Source of the DNA: Ruditapes philippinarum
Lineage: Eukaryota
DNA: 64,000 nucleotides
Assembly: GCF_026571515.1 (NCBI RefSeq)
Contig: NW_026855927.1
Location: 1 to 64,000 of the forward strand
Reading direction: 5' to 3'
The position numbers and the translations under genes are program-made. How positions within the stretch are numbered: the first letter of the stretch is position 1; each line of letters begins with the position of its first letter. A model generated the notes under the pieces. The model made no database searches and had not been told where the DNA came from. It saw only the letters and a program-made list of their open reading frames with translations. Shown piece after piece: positions 53,154 to 64,000 of this stretch.

Positions 53154-54645
53154 GTTTACACATCTTCTCCCCTAAATAGTGGACAGTTCTGAACCGTGAC
53201 ATCCGTGATTTGAAGAACATTTTTCTTTCTACATCACAGTAAATAAGATTGAAATTTAATAAAATTTTAAACGCAAAGGTCTTAAATTAAAAGGGTGATT
53301 ACATAATCATGTGAATAAGTACAGTTTACCCCACTCAGATAAAAGCAGCTTTGTTTCATTTAGACAAAATATGTGGTGGTTGAATAAGAATTGTATCCGT
53401 CTTATTTTCTCAAGTACGAATCCGATTCATTTTTAAACACAGTGATCAATTTTCTGATACAAGTACATTTTTTGTATACCGGGTATTCCATGAACAAAAC
53501 TATCAAATGGACATGTTTATTAACTGTGGCATTTCCGACTCCTATACAGTTTATATTTCTTGTCTTTAGCCTTTTCGCATTGAGAAACCATTTCCAAACT
53601 AGTACAGATGAAGATGTCATCTAAGTGGAAGTAAGTGAAACTAAGCGGAGGATATTAAGGACCCTAATGTAATTCAGTCTGCAAACTAGCCGGAAGCAAC
53701 TAATAATTCTTTTTTCATAAATTTTATGTGTGACAATTACAAACTTTTTTTTATTATTGTGAATGTTACGTTCAAATGTACCAAAATGACAGTTTGTGCA
53801 ATGAAAAGCAAGTTAAGTTAGTTTTACAAGATTCATAGTTGTTTTAGTATTCAGTGTTAGAAATGAAATTCATGATAACTATCATCAGATTAAGTGTTTA
53901 AAAATTCAGTTTGTAACTGTTTTTAGAACATAAATTCTATTTTAGCCGTACTTGTTATAATAAGGTTTTATCAATTTAACTTAATAAAGTATTTGCAAGT
54001 AGTGTGTATTTGGTGTATAACACTTTATCATATATTTAAAACATTTGTTTATGATTGTTTAACAGTTACAATTTCATTTTGTGAAGTCTGTTTATCTAAA
54101 TTCACTCATCAAAGAATTTAAAGAATCCAAATCAGAATAATTAAATTAGAACAGAACAGTTCTGTTAATATTAGAAGGCTATATATAAACATAAAATGAT
54201 TAACTATTAATCAACAAACATTGTTCTTTTCTATTACGGGACTAAAACATTAATTCCTATAACAAAAAGCCACGTCATCAATCATCTGCTACTTCCATTA
54301 TCTGACCCAGAAACTATACATAGCTGGCTATTTATTTAAGGCGTCAGTTATTTTAGATATTTTAGATTCGATGTGCTTTAATATGTGACACATTCGATGT
54401 GACATATTAACCAGTATTTAAAACCTTATTTTCGATAAACTGTACATAAACAAGCAAAGAAACATATCTTAAAAAGCTGCATTAAAAAGCAATTTTACTT
54501 AGGGTGAATTTTCAACAAATTGATATACAAAGAGTGTCATTTTGTCACATATTGGAGAACATTTTAAGCTGGATTGATTTGATGAGTGCACTGTTTAAGC
54601 ATCTTATATATTAATAACTATAGTTTAACAAGTTTAACATTTAAA

Positions 54646-54780
54646 NNNNNNNNNNNNNNNNNNNNNNNNNNNNNNNNNNNNNNNNNNNNNNNNNNNNNNN
54701 NNNNNNNNNNNNNNNNNNNNNNNNNNNNNNNNNNNNNNNNNNNNNNNNNNNNNNNNNNNNNNNNNNNNNNNNNNNNNNNN
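54646..54780. other. Assembly gap
   Basis: N run. Confidence 1.
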
Positions 54781-57700
54781 AATTTTTTGGGGTTTTGGAT
54801 TTGATGAGTGCATGTTAAAACAAATAATTTAAAATATATTTTTAAATTAACATTTAAAATCAATTTGGTAGGTGGACTGCCTTTTTTAAGAATTAAAAAA
54901 AAAAGTTCATGAAAAGGGGAGATTTCTTGAGCAGTGAAAAAGCAAAACCTAATGGAAAGAAGTTAAAAACTCATTTTAATTGAGTCATGTTCTCACTTCT
55001 TTACTGTGACATAAACGTGCTGTTCCGTAATTTAGCGAACATTGTCCATTGTTATTAGGGCATTTTTACATTAATTTCCAATATCAACTTGGAAACATTA
55101 GCGATCTTCTAAAGCGCCCGTGTTACATTGCACTATTTACACTAGTTTAGCTTTGTAATTTGCAACACAAATGATTCCAGCTGCAAATTACCTTTGACAT
55201 ATTCGCCATTGTCACATTACCACCTCTTCAGTTTTAATTTTAAACAGGGGTTTGACATTCAATTGTTTTCGCATACGAGTATTGAAAAATATCTTGTAAT
55301 GAGTAGAAAAAAATTAGTTGGCTGCTGTATTTTCTATTTTAGGCGATTTATATAATTTAGGATCATTTTTCGTTTGTCAGTCATTCAATGATTCTTACAT
55401 AGATCAGCATCATACATTTTTATTGTCTCGTGCTCTACTTATTTGGCATACGCTTAATGCTTAGCAGTATTTTAAACCGATTATTTGATTTTATTAGTTG
55501 AAAAAAGATCTAAATGACTATTTCGTTTTTCTAACCTTGTCTTTTTAAATAAACGCTTGAGTGGATAATTCCTTCCAATTTATTTCGCAGAAATGATATT
55601 TTTGATTATGCCTCTTTTTGCGATAAACATACATCACATTTATTTATTAAATAAAGCAACCATGATGTTTGAAGATGTCAATATTTCTTAAGTTTTTCCG
55701 CCATTCTCACATTTTACACCCTTTTAATTTATAATAGATTATGGGAACAATACACTTATAAGCTCTTGACAAAGCGAACACATTTTATTATACTGTGAAA
55801 TGACATCAGTTCTTTGGCAAAGCTAAATAAAATGTAATATTGTTATCGTGGGGTGTTTCTGTTTTCCTATACCCATTTAAACCAGAAAAAACTTTTGTAT
55901 CAGTATAGAAAATAGGTCGAAAGCAATTTAAGTCAGAAAATGATACCTTTATACTACCTTTTTCAATAAACATACAACTATAAACAATAGATTTGTCAAG
56001 GATGACTTTAATTTATCATGAGCTGAAGACTATGCAAAGCAAAGTTCTACCGTCTAAAGTATTTGCATCTATTTTACCAAATTAAATTCTGTTATCTTAT
56101 TTATTTTACATGTTCCAAATGGCATTTATGTATTGTTTTATCGTAAGAAAGCACATCTTTTGACCTTGATAATGATTAGTTAGTTTAATAACTAAACAGT
56201 CAAACTTTATTAAGATCAATATATGCTGAATTAGATAAGACAAACATGTCTTTAATTCACATAAACTATAAATTATTTTTTTGTAATCAATTGAGCGATA
56301 AGAAATAATAAATGCTGCTAAACATTGTTTTTTCAGATTCTATTGTCAAAATATGAATGCCTGCAAATATCAGATCACCTTCCAGTATCTTTTTAAACTT
56401 AAAGGATAGGCCTCTGTAATTGCTTTACAGGAATATTTTTGCAGTATTTGCTAATGAACTTAATTAATTCAATTTATTTTGTATTAGAAACGGCAGAATT
56501 GACATTTTGTTTCAGATATGCTATTATGGAAATTATGAATCTTAACCTTGATAATGACTGTTATTGTATATAATTTATAATATTTTACGTGTCCTTATGC
56601 TTACCTCATATTCAGATACTTTGGAGGTATCTACTCTTATAAATTGAGTAGTGTAACTGAGGAGACATTTAAACTGCAATAAATATTAAATCAAACTTAA
56701 TGCAATTAGTATATTTTGTCCCGATGAAAACTATTTTATGTGATCACATACAGATTCATTCATAAATTAATATTATTTCGTCATTTAACGATAAATAAAT
56801 CGGACGAGTAATAGAGAGACATAGAATCCCAAATTTTGCAGGTACATGTACGGTTTGATTAAGCCTGTTTATGGACGGTACTTGAAACTAACAAACTACA
56901 TGATAAGAATACTTGATAATTCTCAATATTACCATAACCATTCATTATTGTAATTTTTTTATTTGTTTGTTTGGATAAAGACTTAATAATCTTCCACGAT
57001 AAAATGAATTAATCATAGGTACCTTTCCCACATGAGAGAAAATATAACTGAAATTTCATTCAGCTTACCAAAAATTCAAATGCATTTTTTATATTAGAAA
57101 ATCAGTTTAACTATTTCATCCTACATTAATTAACAACACAGGATTATTTAGAATTCAAAAGCATCTCAAATAGTTTCAAATGTTCTTTATTTCAGACGTT
57201 AATGACACATTAATGATACTTTATTATTGCCTCATTAATGTTTATTATCTACTAAGGCACCCTGAAATATATTGCACTTTCTTACCACTTTCCTATTCAT
57301 TATCTTGGATTTCACATTTTATGATAACAATCTTTTAAACATTTATTGCTGTTTAAATGTCTCCAGGGTTATTTGCTGACATTTGACTAAAGTTAAATGT
57401 GGAAATATTTTCTCAGTTTTTTTTGCGTTTAAACGGTTTAAGACACTTGAAATATTATATATAGATTATATTATAAAGTTTCTAACTTTCAAATTTGTTT
57501 CCTTTAATTATTTATCTTTGTAATCACTGCAATAGTTTAAATATCTTTATGCAAAACAGTTGCAAAGTCTTATCCCTTAAGGTCAAGTATTACTATTTCT
57601 GAAAGGTTATTTGATGTTACATGGCTTTTTGCAAAATGATAAACAATGCTTGGAGGCTTTATTCTCATTTGACCATACAATTCACATTAGGTCTGCATTC

Positions 57701-57987
57701 GTTTGGTTTGTTTAATATCAATTGTTTGACCAAAAAATGTTTCGCATTAAAGCTGATTGATCATTACCAAGGTGATAAGAAGTTTATTTCCGCCTGAAGC
57801 TTGGATGTTATTGAATTAATAATACACACTTGATTTAGCCTGTTTATGGACGGTACTGGAAACTAACAATCTATATTATAAGAATGCTTGATAATATCGA
57901 TTTCAATATAACCATTGATTATTGTTATGTTTGGATTAAGTCTAATAATCTTCCACGACAAGATGATCTTATTTTATGTACCTTAAA

Positions 57988-58350
57988 ACAGTGAAATTAT
58001 CAATTTGATAATTTCACTGTTTTGAATTTAAGCCCATTACGTTGTTTCAGTGAAATACCAGCGTACACAGAACTGGAAACCAACTTAATAACGTGACGTC
58101 GTAAATGACGTCACGTTGTATAATTATTTGGCGCGCTATTCATTTAGTATTGGGTAAAAATGTTCTTTTTAACGTTTGATTGCTAAAAAGAAAATTTGTT
58201 TAGTTTAGTGTAAGATCGAAATATATTTCACCTCGTGAACACCAAAAGTTCACATTGCACTCGTGGCTGCGCCACTCGTGAAATATACCTTTTGGTGCTC
58301 ACTCGGTGAAATATATTCCGATCTTACACTGAACTTAACAAATATCCTCA
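57988..58350. mobile_element. Hairpin-rich non-autonomous element
   Basis: Palindrome AACAGTGAAATTATCAA-T-TTGATAATTTCACTGTT and a long hairpin from AGTGTAAGATCG to CGATCTTACACT (58207-58330). Absent from the first tandem copy. Confidence 0.75.
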
Positions 58351-58859
58351 ATATATTCATTTGTTCAGACAGACGATTATGATTCATTGTGAATGCCTGA
58401 TTTATGTTTATCATGTACTAAGGCACCCTGAAATGTATTGCACCATAACATCAACATTATCTTGGATTTAACATTTTATGATAACAGTCTTCTAACATTT
58501 ATTGCTGTTAAAATGTCTTCAGGGTTATCTGCTGACATTTGCCTAAAATTATATTAGGAAATGTCTTCTCAGCTTTTGCATTTAAAAAACACTTGAACTA
58601 TAATATAATATATAGAATATATTAATTAGCTTTCTAAATTTAAAATTCGTTTCTTAAGTAATTATATTGCAATCACTGCAATAGTTTAAAACTTTATGCA
58701 AAGAAGTTGTAAATGGCTTTCCCTAACTTTCGTTACTAGAACTGCAAGATTATTTGATTCGCATGGCTATTTAAACTCTAAAGTTAATAATATTTTGAAT
58801 GATAAAAATGACAGGAGGCATTTATCTCATTTAGTTATACAATTCATATTAGATTCATG

Positions 58860-59188
58860 TCTGTATTGTTACTTGTTTTTAAATGTTTACATGTTTTGTG
58901 ATGTCTGTCTTGTTGGATTGTCGTTTACGGTAGGTATTTTCTCACCACCCCCTTCCATTTTTACCCCATCCCCTTTTCACCCTTGCAGCCCTTGTCCCTT
59001 TGGTTCCCATATGGGCCCGTTTTAGTTTATATTATTTCACACATACCATGTCCCTCTCCATTCGCCGCCCTTATGTCAACTCCAGGTCTTTGTTGGGTGT
59101 CTTCTGGGTGCCCTACTTGGGTGTGTCAGGGGCTGCATCCTGTGAACGTTGCCTTTACCTTGTTGATCTTTATTCTTGTTTTTTTAAC
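58860..59188 (+). mobile_element. Dispersed repeat 3' end (related fragments near 23060-23180 and 45690-45750)
   Basis: Shared TGTGAACGT.GCCTT..CTTGTT.ATCTTT.TTCT terminus. It interrupts the tandem duplicate. Confidence 0.6.
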
Positions 59189-59978
59189 ATTCGTTTGGTT
59201 GGTTTAATATCAATTGTCTGACCGAAAAATGTGTCTCATTAAAGCTGAAGTGAAAAGTCAGTCTGAACAAGCGCGAAATAGCAACAAGTTTTAAACTCTT
59301 CTACTGTAAAAGCTGATCTCCATTCTAATAGTTTTAGTAAAAATATATATCCACATTTATACATTTCATAATTTCAAATTTTATATATCTGCATATGAGA
59401 TCAAACAAAAAATAATAAACCATTATATTTGGTTCACAGTAATACTCCAACACTTAAATATACTAACAAATATTGTTTAATACTTGCAAAATTGCTAGCT
59501 TTGATGGCTATTGACACATAAAACAAAGATAAATCATGGAGCTAGTATATTGTGATATTGTTCATAGATGATTTACGAGGTTTATTACTAAGTTTACAAA
59601 ATAATTTGGTTATGTTACGAGCTTGCTCTTTTGCATTTTTCATTTGAGGTCGGTTTTTAAGAAAGTTTGCAGCTTACCAGGACTGCTATCATATGAAGAA
59701 ACACGGTTGTGACCTTGTGGGGCTCAAAACGTATACATCATTGGTTGAGAAGCAGATACCATATCCAACAATCTCAACACAGTTATCTCCCTTTCGTTTA
59801 TCTGCTGTACTCTTCAATGGAAGTAACTGCTGCAAGAAGTTTGCATATGCACTATGCCACCTTTCCTCTCTCTCGTTACGTGGAACATTAATGACCATTT
59901 AAGGATTACGGAACCTAATGGTCACCGATAAGAATCACTTTTCATAACTTTTTTCTTACCTAGATAGTCTAAGACATT

Positions 59979-61143
59979 TATTAACCAGGTTTTCAACGAA
60001 AACCGGGTGATTGTAATGCCGAAGTCGGCTGGCTGGCGGGCTGGTGTCAACTTTGGTTTCCGCTCCGCTCAATAACTTGTGTTTGCTTTGGCCTATTGAC
60101 ACTTAATTTGGTGTATAGATAGCCTATATCAAGAGGCAGCTTTGGATTGCTATCCAGGTACTGTGACTAGGGTCAAGGTCACTGTTACTTAAAATATAAA
60201 TTCTGTTACCGCTCAAAAATCTGAGTTTGATTTGGCTTATTGACACCAAACTTGGTGTATGGATAGCTTATATCAAGAGGCAGCTTGGGATTGCTACCCA
60301 GGTGTCTGTGATCAAGGTCAAGGTCACTGTTACTAAAAATAGAAATTCAGTTTCCGCTCAATAACTTGAGTTTGCTTTGGCCTATTGACACCAAACTTGG
60401 TGTATATATAGCTTATATTAAGAGGCAGCTTGGGATTGCTACCCAGGTGTCTGTGATCAAGGTCAAGGTCACTGTTACTAAAAATAGAAATTCAGTTTCC
60501 GCTCAATAACTTGAGTTTGCTTTGGCCTATTGACACCAAACTTGGTGTATGGATAGCTTATATCAAGAGGCAGCTTGGGATTGCTATCCAGGTCTCTGTG
60601 ATCAAGGTCAAGGTCACTGTTACTAAAAATAGAAATTCAGTTTCCACACAATAACTTGAGTTTGCTTTGTCCTATTGACACCTAACTTTGTGTATGGATA
60701 GCTTATATCAAGAGGCAGCTTGGGACTGCTACCCAGGTGTCTGTTATCAAGGTCAAGGTCTCTGTTTATTACTAAAAATAGAAATTCCGTTTCTGCGCAA
60801 TAACTTGAGTTTGCTTTCGCCTATTGACACCAAACTTGATGAATGGGTAGCTTATATCAAAAGGCAGCTTGGAATTGCTATCCAGGTGTCTCTGATCAAG
60901 ATTAATGTATTTAGTTTTCATGTTATAACTTGAGTTTGCTTTGACCTTTTGACACCAAACTTGCTGAGTGGCACCTTTGGATTGCCACTTAGATATCTGG
61001 AAGCAAGTTCAAGGTCATTTGCTTACAATAGAATTTTCAGCTTCTACTCAATTACTTCAGTGCACTTTGATCTATTGATTGCTGTTACATCAAAACTTGG
61101 TCGTTGAAAACCTGGTTTTCGTCGCATTGCGGCGCTTCTTGTT
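59979..61143 (+). mobile_element. Helentron/HINE-like non-autonomous element carrying a 145-bp tandem array (about 6.5 units)
   Basis: Subterminal IRs AACCAGGTTTTCAACGA (59983) and TCGTTGAAAACCTGGTT (61101), a short (GGCT)n tract, 145-bp repeats (60361 to 60506 to 60651), a 3' hairpin GTCGCATTGCGGC and a CTTGTT end in T-rich flanks. Confidence 0.85.
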
Positions 61144-62511
61144 ATTTTTCAAATTGAGAAAATTTCACCATACCATTTTTTTTAATATTATTCTTTAAGT
61201 GTCATACCCCATCGTTGATTTTTTGCTTAAATTTCAATCACCCTGGTATATTTAGAGGATTTATTTTGCATATAAAACATGCATTTTGTAGGAATTATCT
61301 ATGCCTTTGTTTTCGTTTTAGACCTATACATTGTACAAAGTGACTGTAAGCAACAAGTATTTATTGTGTTTTAAATTTTCTTCATCTTAGATAAATGCAT
61401 GCGCGTAAAATAAACTCCCCTTTTCCAAAAACTAAAACCAGTGTTCATATGTAAGAAATCTAATAAAACTTAAATCAAAAATATCTTCAAATATATATAA
61501 ACAAGTTTTTTTTAAATATGAATACTTTACCATCTAGATTTTTTTGCCATAACAGTTTAAGTTTGATACGTATGGACTTTTGCTTGGCCAGAGTTTCTAA
61601 CTTGTATTATATTGATATCATTTATGTTCATTTTTTGTGACAGCCATACTTTATCTTTGCATATCATGGAAAATTCCTTCAGAAAAAAATGTTAAAATCA
61701 CTTAAAAGACACTTTAAAAAATAAAAAAAATATATTGAGTTGCCTTGACTGGGATTTGTACCCTAGAACGAGCGTGTTACCCCTGGACATCAGGCTTACA
61801 GTTACAGTTGAACACAATAGTGCCTCACATTACACAGCCGAAATAAACAGACTAGTGTAAATAGTGAATTTGTTGCAAGAAAACGATAGTTGATCGTTTT
61901 TAATATTTAGTTGATGTCAAATATCCCTTAACATTAAATAACGTCCCCAAAATAATGATACAACACTAAGTTTAACTAGAACCCGAAATAAACAAAAAAA
62001 ACTAATGTACATTTTCAAATTGAGTGTATAATTTAAACAAATGTTACTATGCCATTAGACTCAAGAAAAACCTTCTTATTATTAATACTTCTGAAAAGCT
62101 TTTTATTTTTAGTGTTCTGTTATAGTTTCAAAAATGTTACTCGTTGGCTAATATAAATACCTGAATCATCTTTTGCCATACGTATTGCTAAATAGTATAT
62201 ATATGTACATTAAGTATTTTGTACGAAACTCGAAGTACTATATTGTGTACATTTTGCTACCTATATGACTGATAATTTCACGTTCAAAACATTCTTCAGG
62301 TGATACACATGCATCATACTCGAAATCATTATAAAATGTTATAGAAGAATTTATTCTTTTCTAGGGCATAATGTACCTTAAGTTAATAAATGTTATAAAC
62401 AAAAATATAGTAAAACGGTTCAGTGGAGCCAATACTGCTTCAGAATCACTCTCAAGGAGTGTAAACCTAACACTTGTGAATATGTCGGATGTATTTGTAA
62501 TTGTTGTCTGT

Positions 62512-63621
62512 TATTTAATTACCAGCTATCAATAGTATCTGGGTCAGATGGAGGCGATAGATGATCACTGATGTTGCCTATTTGTTATATTTGTTATCGG
62601 AATTAGTTCCAAAGTCCTTAATACTTATAGACAATGTTTGTACAATTACGATGCAACACTTTATGTCTATGTACATTTCTCTCTTATTTAGGTAATTCAA
62701 TTAGATTCTTCACACATATTTGTTTTGTGATTTCAGAAAAAGCAAACTTACAAAAAACAAATTGTAATTTTTAAAGGAGCTCCAATTAGCAGCATAAACA
62801 ATAATATAGTTTACATGATGAACTGGGAATGAAAGAATAAATAATAGACAATAAAAACAATATTTAAAATCAAATTTGAAAACCAAACCGAATATATAGT
62901 GCGAGTGATTGATCCGAATTTCATTAAGGCATTTCCGATACTTTATTGCAAGCATTTCAGATAGCTTGCAAAATTAACGAGGTGCCGACAAAACTAGAGA
63001 AACAAGTTAATAATTTGGACGGACTAGACTTAAATGAAATAGTACATAATTAATAAAACTAAATGTCCCTTTGGTGCAATAATAGATCACATGAGTTCTT
63101 TGTTGCTAAATCATGTCGGGGTTGTAATTCATGAACGTCGCCGGCATATACCTTGTTAGTCGTTATTCTTAATCTTTATCTAAAAAACATATACATTTAA
63201 TGCATTTAATTAAAATTTTCTTCAAGGCACCTTCTAACAGGTCATTCTTAAAATTTAAAAATATAACGACGTATGGTTTTTGGTATAGACCTACATCAAA
63301 TGTTACAAAACCTCCATTCAGTTGAGTCCCTTTCAACAATGTTTAAAGACAACTTTAAAGAAAATAATTTTATGATACTTCTGTATAATGTGTAACATTT
63401 ACAGATAAAGATGTTCATATCATATTCATACTATGTATGAGTGCAGTCATTATACTTCAAGTACTGAAGAGTTTTCACAAGCATTGATATGCACTGTAGT
63501 TAATTAACCTTCGAAAGAGAAGACCAAGACAACAGGCCTTAGTCTCATAACATGTGTGAAAATCATTGACAAGCTCGTGCCAGAGGTTAAAAACTTAATT
63601 GAGCAATGATAATTTCCGATC
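62512..63621 (-). promoter_or_regulatory. Inverted, compacted fifth copy of the conserved non-coding cassette (blocks B, C, D)
   Basis: Reverse complements: 63462-63621 matches 26995-27170, 62915-63077 matches 43000-43185, and 62512-62623 matches 34195-34330. Regulatory function is inferred. Confidence 0.65.
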
Positions 63622-64000
63622 TTGATTTTCCCCAGACGATTCTTCTTGATTAAAGACAAAGACGTCTCCTTTATCATATGGAAAGGTATTTGCTTCAAGA
63701 TGACACTGATAATGTTACTTGGTTATATAACTATTCTTTCTAATATTTGCAATAATTGTCAATCAGAAAGATTATATCAGCATTCTATACTATTATATTG
63801 CCCAATTAAATTACTCTTGGGTGATCCTTGTCAACAAAAAATAGTTCATAATTTTGTTATAACGATCAACTTATCTTTTTTTATTTTGTCCGATATAAAT
63901 ATATTGTAAACTATTTTGATCACTATAGATCAAAGTAAAAACATATTAAAATTTTTTTTAGAATTTGTAAATGTAATTAAATTATTTGGTATCTCTCAAA

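Larger units (their letters stand above)
41935..56620 (+). repeat. Segmental duplication copy 2
   Basis: Colinear with 26990-39632 but carrying different TE insertions. Confidence 0.92.
56850..59250 (+). repeat. Tandem duplication of about 0.95 kb; the second copy is expanded by two insertions
   Basis: 56856~57831, 57250~58417 and 57696-57755~59189-59248. Confidence 0.85.

Noticed and set aside
54570-54862. Short direct repeat flanking the third gap
   Set aside because: Likely an unmerged contig overlap; the paralogous region near 34520-34600 shows no such repeat.
58696-59221. Hydrophobic ORFs
   Set aside because: They lie in a T-rich dispersed repeat inserted into a tandem duplicate and show no protein features.

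Overview
AT-rich eukaryotic scaffold with three N gaps. The repeat types suggest an invertebrate, most likely a bivalve mollusc (inference). The left third (0.6-21.3 kb) holds four co-oriented minus-strand genes for secreted Gly/Tyr/Pro/His-rich low-complexity proteins: a spliced 304-aa protein and three short peptides of 100, 61 and 77 aa. The short three share a predicted pyroGlu-type Q start, a [WY]GGAG[AI]GxxxADG motif and a C-terminal His, and each appears to have a non-coding first exon. The 61-aa and 77-aa peptides are colinear paralogues with opposite net charge (about -4 and +4). The rest (25.8-63.6 kb) has no convincing host gene. It is a nested segmental duplication carrying five copies (four direct, one inverted) of a non-coding cassette with conserved islands. 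It also holds a decayed LINE, LINE 3' fragments, SINEs, MITEs and a Helentron-like satellite-bearing element. All alignments and counts were made by eye, and no database search was possible.
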